A stretch of 64,000 nucleotides of DNA from an uncultured Actinomycetota bacterium (lineage in GTDB: Bacteria; Actinomycetota; Thermoleophilia; Gaiellales; Gaiellaceae): contig CAVYAR010000001.1 in the NCBI GenBank assembly GCA_963766575.1, positions 581,426-645,425 on the forward strand. The letters are read 5' to 3'. Positions 8,626 to 17,886 of this stretch are shown piece after piece (within the stretch, counting starts at the first letter, position 1; every line of letters starts with the position of its first letter). Position numbers and translations under genes: made by a program. The notes beneath the pieces were generated by a model. That model was not told the origin of the DNA. It saw only the letters and a list, made by a program, of their open reading frames with translations, and made no database searches.

Positions 8626-9245
8626 CTCAGGACGGGCTGGGGCCGAAGCTCGCCGAGCGCCTGCTTTCGGTGCTCCGCGTCGGTGCGATCGATGATCAGC
8701 ACGCCGTCGAGATGGTCGAGCTCGTGCTGGACGACGCGCGCAGAGAGCCCTTCGAGCTCGAGGTGCACGGGCTCTCCGTCCGGGTTGACGCCCTCGAGCG
8801 TGACCTTCGTCGAGCGCTCGACCGGAACGCGGATCCCCTCGAGCGAGAGGCAGCCCTCCTCGTCGGTCGCCTTCTCGGACGAAGGATAGACGAGCCGCGG
8901 ATTCACGACCGCCTGCGCGCCTTCGCCTTCGAGGTCGAAGACGAAGAGCCGCTGGAGGATGCCGACCTGGGTCGCAGCGAGACCGACGCCCTGGGCATCG
9001 CCCATCAGGGCGATCATCCGCTCGACGAGCTGCATCAGGAAGTCGTCGAGCTCGGTGACCTCCCTGGCCTTCATCCGAAGCGCGGGATCGGGGTACTGCC
9101 GGATCTGCGAGAGCGCGTACCGGCGAACGTACTCCCGCTCGCGCTCGACTTCGGCCTCGGTCGGCTCCCCGTCGTGCTCGTGGTCATGACCGGAGTGGTC
9201 GTGATCGTGGTCGTGGTCGTGCGCGTGATCGTGATCTTCTGCCAC
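8622..9245 (-). CDS. def: peptide deformylase with His/Asp-repeat N-terminal tail
   Basis: PDF motifs GVGLAATQVG, EGCLS and QHELDHLDG. The only in-frame canonical starts upstream of the conserved IRQYPDPALR region are GTG 9245 and GTG 9272, so MAEDHDHAHDHDHDHDHSGHDHEHDGE must be translated. Confidence 0.9.
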   Translation of the reverse strand: MAEDHDHAHDHDHDHDHSGHDHEHDGEPTEAEVEREREYVRRYALSQIRQYPDPALRMKAREVTELDDFLMQLVERMIALMGDAQGVGLAATQVGILQRLFVFDLEGEGAQAVVNPRLVYPSSEKATDEEGCLSLEGIRVPVERSTKVTLEGVNPDGEPVHLELEGLSARVVQHELDHLDGVLIIDRTDAEHRKQALGELRPQPVLR

Positions 9246-9256
9246 AGTGGTCGACA

Positions 9257-10396
9257 GTGTGCCAGGAGACACAACGGCGAGCTCGGAGAGCCGGGATCGC
9301 GCTCGTGGTGGTCGCCGTGCTCGCCGGTGCGGTGGTCGGAAGCGGCGGGGCGGGCACCGTCCGGCCGACGACGCAGGCCGGGTACCTGGCGCTCGCCGAG
9401 TCCGGTCTCGCCCGGACACAGCGCGTGTTCTGGAATTCGGGGCTCGGATGGTACGACCAGCGCCTCACCAGGGCCGAGCTCGCACATCCGCTCGCGAGCC
9501 TATGGTCGGCATTCCCGCTGTTCGAGGCCCTCGACCAGGTTGCGATCGCGGACCCGACGACGGCCAACCTCGACGCGGTCAAGGCATTCGCACGCGGTGC
9601 GGAGCGCTACTTCAATCCGAACCTCCGGCCGGTCGGCGGCTATGCGTACTACCCGGGGACAAGGAACCCGCGCGAGCACACCTACTTCGACGACAACGGC
9701 TGGTGGGAGGTCGCGTTCCTCGATGCTTACAGGGCAACCAGCGATCCGCGCGATCTCGTCGACGCCGAGCGCGCGTTCCGGTTCATCGCCGTATCGGGCT
9801 GGGACAGAGACGGCGGGGGGGTGTGGTGGGAGACCTTGCACCTGCACAAGACCTCCGAGCCGCTAGCCGCCGAGATCTACGTCGGCTTCGCGCTGTACCG
9901 GCTGACCGGGAAGGCGACCTACCTCGCGACAGCGCAGAAGTTCCTGTCGTGGGCCGACCGCCACTCGTGGAACTCGTCCGAGCACCTCTACTCTCGCTCG
10001 GACACCGACGGGACGGTGCTCGACTACGTAGAGGGGCTGATGATCGGCGCCGACTTGGAGGCCTGCCAACTGCGAGACGTCAAGGGGCCGTGCGTGAAGG
10101 CCGAGGCGCTCGCGACGGCGAGCGTGCAGGCGTTCCCGCGCTATGCGGACTGGACGCCGGCCGCCGACGTGATCTACATGCGGTTCCTGCTCGACCTCTA
10201 CCGCGCCGACGGGAACGCCCGCTGGTACCGGCTCGTCGCGGCGAACGCCCAGCACGCCGAACGGCTGGCGCGCTCGTCGGACGGCCTCTACTTCAAGCGG
10301 TGGGACGGGACGACGTTCCCGGGACGGCTGCTTCAGCCCGACGCTGCGACGCTTGGGCTCTTTGCGTTGCTCGGCGAGGTTGCGCCGCCTGCCTGA
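9257..10396 (+). CDS. secreted glycoside hydrolase family 76-like protein
   Basis: N-terminal signal-like RRARRAGIALVVVAVLAGAVVG. YFDDNGWWEVAFLDAY and GGGVWWE motifs resemble GH76 alpha-1,6-mannanase-type proteins. Confidence 0.7.
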   Translation: MCQETQRRARRAGIALVVVAVLAGAVVGSGGAGTVRPTTQAGYLALAESGLARTQRVFWNSGLGWYDQRLTRAELAHPLASLWSAFPLFEALDQVAIADPTTANLDAVKAFARGAERYFNPNLRPVGGYAYYPGTRNPREHTYFDDNGWWEVAFLDAYRATSDPRDLVDAERAFRFIAVSGWDRDGGGVWWETLHLHKTSEPLAAEIYVGFALYRLTGKATYLATAQKFLSWADRHSWNSSEHLYSRSDTDGTVLDYVEGLMIGADLEACQLRDVKGPCVKAEALATASVQAFPRYADWTPAADVIYMRFLLDLYRADGNARWYRLVAANAQHAERLARSSDGLYFKRWDGTTFPGRLLQPDAATLGLFALLGEVAPPA

Positions 10397-10887
10397 TCGG
10401 GCGGGAAGCGCTCGAGAATCCAGGTGGCATCGAGTGGGCGGCGCCGGTAATCGCGTCCGCCGACCTTGACGAAGTCGCGCGACCGGGGATCCATCGGCAG
10501 GCGTGCTTCGATCGGGTACCAGAGGTTGTGGCGCTCGATCAGGTCGTTGAGCTCACCGAAATCCCAGCGCTCGGCCACGCGGCGCCAGCCGGTCGGATCA
10601 CCGGCGTGGGCTGCGTGGGCGGCTTCGAGCCGGGCGGTCTGGGCGTCGATCTCCTCGTCGATCGCGCGGGCGCGCTGCATGTAGGGAAGCGGGCCGCCGA
10701 GCGAGGCGAGATAGGTGTCGGCCTCGGGCCGGAACCGTCGGATGCGCCGCGGCAGCGGCTGCCCGACGAGCGCGTTCAGGTCGTGGTCGCGCTCGAGCCG
10801 CTCCCGCTCCGCCGCCGAGGGCGGCGTCACGTCCCGGACACCCCATTCTCCGAGGATCTCCTCGGCCGGAATTCGCTTGATCGGCAT
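10333..10887 (-). CDS. hypothetical protein (184 aa)
   Basis: ATG 10887 (MPIKRIPAEEILGEW...). Good codon bias. The upstream part of the 252-aa track ORF runs through the repeat array and is probably not coding. 64-nt convergent overlap with the GH76 gene. Confidence 0.55.
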   Translation of the reverse strand: MPIKRIPAEEILGEWGVRDVTPPSAAERERLERDHDLNALVGQPLPRRIRRFRPEADTYLASLGGPLPYMQRARAIDEEIDAQTARLEAAHAAHAGDPTGWRRVAERWDFGELNDLIERHNLWYPIEARLPMDPRSRDFVKVGGRDYRRRPLDATWILERFPPDQAGGATSPSNAKSPSVAASG

Positions 10888-10953
10888 ACACCAATTGTGC
10901 CGGGAAAGAGGGAGTCGGAACAGGGCATCTGTCCCACGTCCGTGTCCGCGAGA

Positions 10954-11055
10954 GCCATGTCCAGGGGACTGTCCCCCCTCGTGTCTCGGATGGCCATGTC
11001 CAGGGGACTGTCCCCGCTCTTCGCCCTTTTGGCCACTGTCCAGGGGACTGTCCCC
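10954..11055. repeat. three direct copies of a 23-24-nt unit GCCA(C)TGTCCAGGGGACTGTCCCC at a 39-bp period
   Basis: Copies at 10954-10976, 10993-11015 and 11032-11055, separated by unrelated 16-nt spacers. The core holds two overlapping palindromes, GTCCaggGGAC and GGGGACtGTCCCC. Confidence 0.9.
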
Positions 11056-11094
11056 CAGGCGGGGGCCGAAGAGCCAGGCCGGAGTGGACACCGC

Positions 11095-13014
11095 TTACTG
11101 GGGATCGACGTCGACGACGACCGTGAGGCCGGCGCGGCGCATCGCGGGAGCTGCGGCCGAGAGCAGGGCGGCGGCGCGCGTCGCCACGGCACGGGGGCGA
11201 TCGGTCCTGGCGGTGAGCTGGGCGCGGTGGCGGCGACGGAGCCGCGGAAGGAGCGCCGGGCCGAGCAGGTCGATCTCGGGCATGCCCGCCGCGAGTTCGG
11301 AGAGGGCACGCTCGACGGGCTCGGGATCCGCGCCCGAGACGACGATCCGGATCAGGTGGCGCTCGGGCGGGTAGCCGAGCTCCTTGCGGCGCTCGAGCTC
11401 CTCGGCGAGGAACCGCCGCACGTCGTGGCGCGCCGCATAGGCGATCGGGCGCGCGTCCGGCTGGAAGGTCTGGACGAGCACGCGGCCCGGGGCGTCGCGC
11501 CCGCTTCGGCCGGCGAGCTGGGTGATCAGCTGGAAGGTGCGCTCCTCGGCGCGGAAGTCCGGAAGCGAGAGCGACCAGTCGGCGTCGATCACCGCTGCCA
11601 GCTCGACTCCGGCGAAGTGGTGCCCCTTGGCCACCATCTGCGTGCCGAGCAGGACCGCCCCTGGCGTCTCCGAGAACCGCCGCAGCGTCTCGGCCGTCCC
11701 CTCGGAGCTCCCGGTGGTGTCTGCGTCGAGCCGGATCGCCACGAGCTCCGGAAACTCTCGGGTGAGCGTCCGCTCGAGCGACTGCGTTCCCGCGCCGAGG
11801 CGGGCGAGCTCGACCGACCCGCACACCGGGCAGGCCTCCGGCCCCGGCTCGGCATGACCGCAGTGATGGCAGTGGAGGACGCCGTCCTGGTGGAGGACGA
11901 GCGCCACGTCGCAGTTCGGGCAGCGGATCGTGCTGCCGCAGGCGCGGCAATGCAGGGCGGGTGCGATACCGCGCCGGTTCAGGAGCAGGATCGCCTTACC
12001 GCGACTTTCGGCGACAGCGCGGAGCTCGGCCAGGAGCGGTGCCGACAACGGATACCCGGCCTCGCGCCGGAGATCGATGATCCGCACCGGCGGGAGGTCG
12101 GCACCAACGCGGCCGCCGAGCTCGAGCCGCTCGAGCGCCGCCCAGCTCTCCGGTCGCGGTGTCGCCGATCCGAACACGGCGACCGCCCCCTCGAGCGCCG
12201 CGCGCTTCACCGCGAGCGTGCGCGCGTCATACCTCGGGTCGGAGTCCTGCTTGTAGGAGGCGTCGTGCTCCTCGTCGACGATCACGAGCCCGAGCCCGCG
12301 CAGCGGCGCGAAGATCGCCGAGCGCGCGCCGACCACGATCCGGGCCGCCCCGCTCGCGATCCGCTCCCGCTCGTCGCGGCGCTCCGCGTCGGTCAGCCCC
12401 GAGTGAAGGATCGCAACGCCCTCCCCGAACCGCGCCCGGACACGGCCGACGGTCTGCGGGGCGAGCGAGATCTCGGGAACGAGGAGGATCGTCCCGAGCC
12501 CGCGCTCGAGCGCCGCCGCGCAGGCCTGGAGGTAGACCTCGGTCTTTCCCGAGCCCGTCGGCCCGTAGAGCAGGAACGCGCCGCCTTCACCGGAGTCGAG
12601 TGCGGCGACGATCCGGTCAGTCGCGGCGCGCTGCTCGGGAAGCAGGAAAGCAGGCTCGTCCTCGCCGGGAAGCGAGTGCCGCTCGCCGGGCGGTGCCTGC
12701 TCCTTGCGCCGCTTCGGCATCTCGGGAGCGACGAGTGCAAGCGCCCGCGCCGGGGTCGAGCCGTAGTAGTCGGCGAGCCAGAGTGCGAGGTCGACGAGCG
12801 CCGGCGGCACCTGGCCGACGACCCGGTCGATCGGAAGCGCCTCGATCCCGGCGGGCGGCCCGTCCTCGAGCCCGACGACGATTCCGCGTGCCCGGCGGCG
12901 CCCGAAAGGGACGACGACGATCGCTCCCTTCCCCACGTTCTCGTCGACCTCGTAGGTGAACGCTCGCGCCACGGCGCGGGCGTTCACGAGCGGGTGGATC
13001 GAGGCGAACGGCAC
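11095..13014 (-). CDS. priA: primosomal protein N' (replication restart helicase PriA)
   Basis: Walker A GPTGSGKTEVY, DEEHD box and a zinc-binding insert CRACGSTIRCPNCDVALVLHQDGVLHCHHCGH. Confidence 0.93.
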   Translation of the reverse strand: MPFASIHPLVNARAVARAFTYEVDENVGKGAIVVVPFGRRRARGIVVGLEDGPPAGIEALPIDRVVGQVPPALVDLALWLADYYGSTPARALALVAPEMPKRRKEQAPPGERHSLPGEDEPAFLLPEQRAATDRIVAALDSGEGGAFLLYGPTGSGKTEVYLQACAAALERGLGTILLVPEISLAPQTVGRVRARFGEGVAILHSGLTDAERRDERERIASGAARIVVGARSAIFAPLRGLGLVIVDEEHDASYKQDSDPRYDARTLAVKRAALEGAVAVFGSATPRPESWAALERLELGGRVGADLPPVRIIDLRREAGYPLSAPLLAELRAVAESRGKAILLLNRRGIAPALHCRACGSTIRCPNCDVALVLHQDGVLHCHHCGHAEPGPEACPVCGSVELARLGAGTQSLERTLTREFPELVAIRLDADTTGSSEGTAETLRRFSETPGAVLLGTQMVAKGHHFAGVELAAVIDADWSLSLPDFRAEERTFQLITQLAGRSGRDAPGRVLVQTFQPDARPIAYAARHDVRRFLAEELERRKELGYPPERHLIRIVVSGADPEPVERALSELAAGMPEIDLLGPALLPRLRRRHRAQLTARTDRPRAVATRAAALLSAAAPAMRRAGLTVVVDVDPQ

Positions 13015-13039
13015 GCGGCCAGCGTAGTGGGCACCCCTG

Positions 13040-13987
13040 TCAGGCCGATCCGGCCGACTCCTCTGCCCGGGCGGCCTTGAGGCGCCGCCACGACACGGTG
13101 CGCGCCATCATCAGCATCGCGACGGAGCCGAGTGCGAGGTTGAAGACGACGAGCGCGATGTTCATCCCGACGCTGAAGGCCAGGAGCAGCGATTTCGAGA
13201 TCTCCTCGTTCCGGAACAAGAAGACGATCAGCCCCTGCTTCGTCCCCGCGCCCCCGGGCGTCGCCGGGAAGAGCGTCGCCAGCGAGTCGACGACGAGCGC
13301 GAGCATCGCGTTGTGGATCGTCGCGTGAACGTGGAAGGCCTCGAGGAAGTAGAAGAGCGAGGCGATCCGGAGCACCCAGGAGAGCGCCTGCGGGACGACC
13401 ACGCCGAAGAAGAGCCGCCGCGGATGGTGGATGATCGCGAAGCCGCGCATGATCCGGGCGCGCGTGTCCCCGCCCTTCTCGACGAAGACGATCACTCCGA
13501 TGAAGGCGACCCCGGCGAGGAGCGCGAAGCCGATCTCCGTCCACCGTGCGTGCTCCAGGAAGAACCCCCAGTCGACCGACGGCAGGCGGGAGTACACCTG
13601 GTGGGTCGGCAGCACGCCGATCCACAGCGCCCAGAGGATGAAGCCGCCGGCCACGATCGCGTCGAAGAGCGTCTCCGCGACGAGGGTGGGTGCAAGGGTC
13701 GCGTAGGTCGAGCCCTTGATCCGGTGCTTGATCAGGTAGAGCTTGACCACGTCGCCCGCACGCGCAGGGACGATGGAGTTGATCCCGACCCCGGCGACGT
13801 AGGCGCCGAACACGCTCAGATAGCGGACGGCCTCGCCCGGGTAGGCGGCGCGCAGGATCGCGCGCCAGGCGACGGCGCGCAGGGCGAGCCGGGCCAGGTG
13901 GATGCCGAGCGCGAGCGCGATGAACTGCCAGCGAACAGCGGCGAGATGATCGCCGAAGACCCGAACCGCATGGAAGAACGCTCCCAC
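13040..13987 (-). CDS. UPF0104 / lysylphosphatidylglycerol synthase transmembrane-domain family membrane protein
   Basis: 315-aa polytopic membrane protein with PARAGDVVK and PGGAGT motifs typical of the LPG_synthase_TM family. Confidence 0.7.
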   Translation of the reverse strand: MGAFFHAVRVFGDHLAAVRWQFIALALGIHLARLALRAVAWRAILRAAYPGEAVRYLSVFGAYVAGVGINSIVPARAGDVVKLYLIKHRIKGSTYATLAPTLVAETLFDAIVAGGFILWALWIGVLPTHQVYSRLPSVDWGFFLEHARWTEIGFALLAGVAFIGVIVFVEKGGDTRARIMRGFAIIHHPRRLFFGVVVPQALSWVLRIASLFYFLEAFHVHATIHNAMLALVVDSLATLFPATPGGAGTKQGLIVFLFRNEEISKSLLLAFSVGMNIALVVFNLALGSVAMLMMARTVSWRRLKAARAEESAGSA

Positions 13988-14057
13988 TCCCCGTAGGGTA
14001 CGAGCACCGGGGAGCGCGGGCGGGCCACGCCATCGGCCTTGTCTAAGATGAGAGCGG

Positions 14058-14741
14058 ATGGCGACGGGTCACTCGGTCGACGAATACCTGGAGACGATCT
14101 ACTTCCTCGCGTTCCCGATCGGCGAGTACCACCCGCAGGACACGGCCCTGCCGACGCTCTCGTCGCGGGTCGCCGAGATGCTCGGCGTGTCACGGGCGTC
14201 GGCGGGCGAGATGCTGAAGCGGCTCGAGGCCGAGGGCCTGGTCGAGCGCGGCGAGCGCAAGGAGGCGATCCTCACCGAGGCAGGCCGCGAGCGGGCCGAG
14301 CGAGCCGTGCGCAAGCACCGGATCATCGAGCGGCTCCTCACGGACTTCATGGGCTACACCGCTGCCGAGGCGCACGTCCACGCCGACGAGCTCGGCGACA
14401 CCTTCAGCGAGGACATGGTCGAGCGGATCAACACGCGCCTCGGGAATCCGGAGCGCTGCCCCCACGGCTGGCCGATCGACACGGTGTTCGAGCAGGCCGA
14501 GAACCACGAGCTCGAGCCGCTCTCGGCGCTCGAGCCGGGCTCACGGGCAACGATCGTGCGTCTTGCCGAGCACGACGGCGACCTTCTCGAGTGGTTCTAC
14601 GACCAGGGCCTCGTGCCCGGAGCGACGATCGAGCTCGACTCGGCGAAGCCCGCGGCCGGCCAGTTGCACGTCCGGGTCGAAGGCGACGACAGGGCGATTG
14701 CCGACAAGGCCGCGGCCGGCCTCTTCGTCCGTCCGTCCTAG
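14058..14741 (+). CDS. DtxR/IdeR/MntR family metal-dependent transcriptional regulator with C-terminal FeoA/SH3-like domain
   Basis: DEYLETIY..., wHTH VAEMLGVSRASAGEMLKRLEAEGLV, dimerisation helix KHRIIERLL, metal-site ERCPHG and an SH3-like tail. Confidence 0.9.
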   Translation: MATGHSVDEYLETIYFLAFPIGEYHPQDTALPTLSSRVAEMLGVSRASAGEMLKRLEAEGLVERGERKEAILTEAGRERAERAVRKHRIIERLLTDFMGYTAAEAHVHADELGDTFSEDMVERINTRLGNPERCPHGWPIDTVFEQAENHELEPLSALEPGSRATIVRLAEHDGDLLEWFYDQGLVPGATIELDSAKPAAGQLHVRVEGDDRAIADKAAAGLFVRPS

Positions 14742-14755
14742 CCCGAGAGCCGCCG

Positions 14756-15217
14756 GTGGATCCCCTGGCGAGCGCGCTTCGCGGCGAGAACCCGCTGGTG
14801 ATGGCGCGGACGCCCAGCGGCTTTGCCGTGATCGGCGACACGCAGCACCTCCCCGGCTACTGCGTCCTTCTCTGCGGCGACGAGTCGGCGAGCCACCTCA
14901 CAGACCTCGACTGGGCGAGCCGAAAGACGTTCCTGTTCGACCTTTCGCTGCTCGGGGAGGCCGTGACGACGGCTTGCCGCGACAAGGGGCTGCGCCGGAT
15001 CAACTACGAGGTGCTCGGCAACTCGCTCAGCATCCTGCACGGCCATGTGCACCCCCGGTACGAGTGGGAGCCGGCGGAACGGATCACCGGCCCGGTCTGG
15101 CGCTATCCGAAGGAGGAGCGGAACGATCCTGTGGTTGCCTACAGCGACGAGCCCCACGGAGCGCTGCGTGCGGCGATCACGGCCGAGCTCGAACGGCTGC
15201 TCGCGGCGGCCTACTGA
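14756..15217 (+). CDS. HIT family protein
   Basis: LPGYCVLL and histidine triad HGHVHPRY. Start set at an in-frame GTG just after the regulator's stop; ATG 14801 is an alternative. Confidence 0.7.
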   Translation: MDPLASALRGENPLVMARTPSGFAVIGDTQHLPGYCVLLCGDESASHLTDLDWASRKTFLFDLSLLGEAVTTACRDKGLRRINYEVLGNSLSILHGHVHPRYEWEPAERITGPVWRYPKEERNDPVVAYSDEPHGALRAAITAELERLLAAAY

Positions 15218-15267
15218 GCCCGGAGTAGCGGCGAACATCCCCTCGATCCGGCGTTAGCATCGTTGGG

Positions 15268-15471
15268 TTGCGCAAACGATTCGCGCTCACCTGGCACGGG
15301 CTCGTCTACCGGTTGATCCTGGGCGCGATCGTCCTCGCGATCGTGATCCCGGCCACGATGAGTGGGTATAAGCCCGTGTGGCCGTTCGTGGTCGGCGCGA
15401 TCGCCGTCGTGATCGTTGGCATCCTGGTGGCGCGCCGACCACGCCTCCGGGCCTGGTTGCGTCAACGGTGA
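15268..15471 (+). CDS. small two-TM membrane protein (67 aa), hypothetical
   Basis: TTG start, two hydrophobic helices and a basic C-terminus. Codon bias is consistent with coding. Confidence 0.4.
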   Translation: MRKRFALTWHGLVYRLILGAIVLAIVIPATMSGYKPVWPFVVGAIAVVIVGILVARRPRLRAWLRQR

Positions 15472-15534
15472 CCAGCAGCGGAGGCGAGCGCGGCCGGGAC
15501 TCGTCGTCGTCCGACCAAACGGAGGTGCGTGCGA

Positions 15535-16026
15535 ATGGCTCAGAAGAAACCAGTAGCGAAAGGCAAGTCGTCGGCCGCCCGGGCCACGACCCGCAAGGCA
15601 TCCGCGGGATTCACGGAAGAGGAGCGCGCCGCGATGAAGGAGCGTGCGAAGGAGCTGAAGGCCTCGCCAAGCCGCAGCCGGGGCGGGTCCAAGCCGGACG
15701 GGGAGCAGGACGTCCTCGCGAAGATCGCCGAGATGCCGGAACCCGACCGGGCGATGGCCAAGCGGCTCCACGCGATCGTCAAGGCCACCGCGCCGGACCT
15801 CTCGCCGAAGACCTGGTACGGCATGCCCGCCTATGCGAGGAACGACAAGGTCGTGTGCTTCTTCCAGAGCGCGTCGAAGTTCAAGACGAGATACGCAACG
15901 CTCGGCTTCAGCGCCGCAGCGAACCTCGACAAGGGCGGCATGTGGCCGACCGCCTTCGCGCTCGAGCAGCTGACCGCCACCGAGGAGGCAAAGATCGTGG
16001 CGCTCGTGAAGAAGGCGGTGAGCTGA
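15535..16026 (+). CDS. DUF1801 (YdhG-like) domain protein
   Basis: GGAGG SD 9 nt before ATG 15535. Basic N-terminus, then KTWYGMPAY...[19 protein letters not shown], typical of the YdhG/DUF1801 family. Confidence 0.7.
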   Translation: MAQKKPVAKGKSSAARATTRKASAGFTEEERAAMKERAKELKASPSRSRGGSKPDGEQDVLAKIAEMPEPDRAMAKRLHAIVKATAPDLSPKTWYGMPAYARNDKVVCFFQSASKFKTRYATLGFSAAANLDKGGMWPTAFALEQLTATEEAKIVALVKKAVS

Positions 16027-16072
16027 CAATCCGGCGATGCGGTCGGGCGTGCAGAGCTGCGATGGTCGTAGG

Positions 16073-16549
16073 TCAGCTGAGCTTGATCCGGCCGTTCGGA
16101 TCAATGGTGCCGGTCAGCTTGGGTAGCGGAGTCCCGCTTGGCGGGCTCGATGCTGGGGTCACCGTGACGATGGCGCTTCCGTACCACGCGTGCACGGCCC
16201 CTGCTCCCCACAGGCACCGCGCAAGGATGGTCAGGTTCCCGTGAAGGATGATCGAGACCAGGCAAAGGCCCTGCCCGGGGATCGCCGGCGGTAGCTGGAT
16301 GACGGCCCGAGCTGGGCGTCGTGCCGCGACCCACCGGAGCGTTACACGAGGCGCGTCGCGGTTCCAGGCCGCGGCGCACTTTGCGAGGGTCGGCACCGGC
16401 GTCCCCGGCTTGATCAGCGTGAAATCAGAGCTGGTCGGTCCGCCGGCGAGAAGTCCGGGAACCACGGGGATTGGTTGCGTCACCGCAGCGGTACCCGCGC
16501 CCAACACGAGCGCGCACACGAAACCGACGCACGGCAAGGGGCCGCCCAC
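16073..16549 (-). CDS. hypothetical secreted protein (158 aa)
   Basis: GTG 16549 with a GGGGAG SD about 13 nt upstream and a signal-like VGFVCALVLGAGTAAV. It is the C-terminal part of the otherwise artefactual 561-aa track ORF. Confidence 0.4.
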   Translation of the reverse strand: MGGPLPCVGFVCALVLGAGTAAVTQPIPVVPGLLAGGPTSSDFTLIKPGTPVPTLAKCAAAWNRDAPRVTLRWVAARRPARAVIQLPPAIPGQGLCLVSIILHGNLTILARCLWGAGAVHAWYGSAIVTVTPASSPPSGTPLPKLTGTIDPNGRIKLS

Positions 16550-16638
16550 CCGACAATGATCGCTCCCCTGGCATGGGAGGTCAAGCGAGCAGATTCGCCC
16601 GTGCCCTTGCGCCCGAACCGAGAACGCCGAGAAAGCCG

Positions 16639-17886
16639 CTACCGCGCGGCGCGGACCGCAACGCCGGCAGCTGCTGCGAGAGCGTCTGCCTTGTCGGCGC
16701 GCTCCCACGTGAAGTCGTGGTCTTCGCGGCCGAAGTGGCCGTAGGCGGCGGTCTTCGCGTAGATCGGGCGGAGCAGGTCGAGGTCGCGGAGGATCGCGGC
16801 GGGACGCAGGTCGAAGTGCTCCTCGACGAGCTCCTCGATCCGGGTCACGGGGATGTGCTCGGTGTCGTAGGTGTCGACGAGGATCGAGAACGGGCGGGCG
16901 ACGCCGATCGCGTAGGCGACCTGGATCAGGCAGCGGTCGGCGAGGCCGGCGGCGACGATGTTCTTCGCGACGTAGCGGGCGGCGTAGGCGGCCGAGCGGT
17001 CGACCTTCGTCGGGTCCTTGCCTGAGAAGGCGCCGCCGCCGTGGGGTGCTGCGCCGCCGTAGGTGTCGACGATGATCTTCCGGCCGGTGAGGCCGGCGTC
17101 GCCCATCGGGCCTCCGATCACGAACTTGCCGGTCGGGTTGACGTAGACGAAGCCCTTCTGGCCGAGGCGGCGCTCGTCGTACATGTCCTTCGGCAGGATC
17201 GGGCGGAGCACGTGGTCGATCAGATCCGGCTTGATCATCGTCTCCGGATCGAGTCCCTCGCGGTGCTGGGTCGAGATCAGCACCCGCTCGATCTCGACCG
17301 GGCGGCGGTGGCCCTTCTCGTCGATCTCGTAGCGGACGGTGACCTGGGTCTTCCCGTCCGGCCGCAGGTACGGGAGGATGTCGGCCTTGCGCACCTCCGA
17401 CAGGCGCTTCGCGATCTTGTGCGCGACCATGATCGGCAGCGGCATCAGCTCCGGCGTCTCGTCGGTCGCGTACCCGAACATGAACCCCTGATCGCCTGCG
17501 CCGACGCGGTCGAGCGGATCGTCCTCGCCTGCTTCGTGCTTCTGCTCGAAGGCCTGATCGACGCCCTGGGCAATATCCGGCGACTGTTCGTCGAGCGCCA
17601 CGATCACCCCGCACGTCTCGGCGTCGAAGCCGTACTTCGCGCGGGTGTAGCCGATCGCCGCGACGCGCTCGCGCACGAGGCGCGGGATGTCGACGTAGGT
17701 GTCGGTCGTGATCTCGCCCGCGACGACGACGAGGCCGGTCGTGACGAGCGTCTCGCATGCGACCCGGCCGTTCGGGTCGGCGGTCAGCACAGCATCCAGG
17801 ACGGAGTCCGAGATCTGGTCCGCGACCTTGTCGGGATGGCCCTCGGTGACAGACTCCGAGGTGAAGGAGTACGAGCGCGTAGCGAT
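16639..17886 (-). CDS. metK: S-adenosylmethionine synthetase, probable non-canonical ATC start
   Basis: Canonical MetK throughout. The conserved [22 protein letters not shown] lies in frame upstream of the first canonical start (GTG 17790) and downstream of an in-frame TAG (17896-17898). The only plausible initiator is ATC at 17886. Confidence 0.88.
   Translation of the reverse strand: MATRSYSFTSESVTEGHPDKVADQISDSVLDAVLTADPNGRVACETLVTTGLVVVAGEITTDTYVDIPRLVRERVAAIGYTRAKYGFDAETCGVIVALDEQSPDIAQGVDQAFEQKHEAGEDDPLDRVGAGDQGFMFGYATDETPELMPLPIMVAHKIAKRLSEVRKADILPYLRPDGKTQVTVRYEIDEKGHRRPVEIERVLISTQHREGLDPETMIKPDLIDHVLRPILPKDMYDERRLGQKGFVYVNPTGKFVIGGPMGDAGLTGRKIIVDTYGGAAPHGGGAFSGKDPTKVDRSAAYAARYVAKNIVAAGLADRCLIQVAYAIGVARPFSILVDTYDTEHIPVTRIEELVEEHFDLRPAAILRDLDLLRPIYAKTAAYGHFGREDHDFTWERADKADALAAAAGVAVRAAR

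Noticed and set aside
10954-11055. Possible mini-CRISPR array (a 23-nt repeat in three copies at regular spacing).
   Set aside because: The spacers are only 16 nt, there are only three copies, there are no cas genes in the window, and the repeat is itself a double palindrome. It is better described as a REP-like or operator array.
9247-13080. Very long ORFs in the track, such as 1277 aa at 9247..13080 +, 1076 aa at 51440..54670 +, 922 aa at 34608..37376 -, 796 aa at 58092..60482 - and 679 aa at 25127..27166 +.
   Set aside because: Their translations are Arg/Pro/Gly/Ala-rich low-complexity strings with no motifs. They lie antisense to or out of frame with clearly recognisable genes (priA, NlpC/P60 plus pepT, dnaE, gltB, DAHP synthase). 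This is the expected stop-codon paucity of ~70% GC DNA.
13988-14057. I looked for an IdeR/DtxR iron box (TTAGGTTAGGCTAACCTAA-like) upstream of the DtxR-family regulator.
   Set aside because: No dyad resembling the consensus is present in the 70-bp divergent region.
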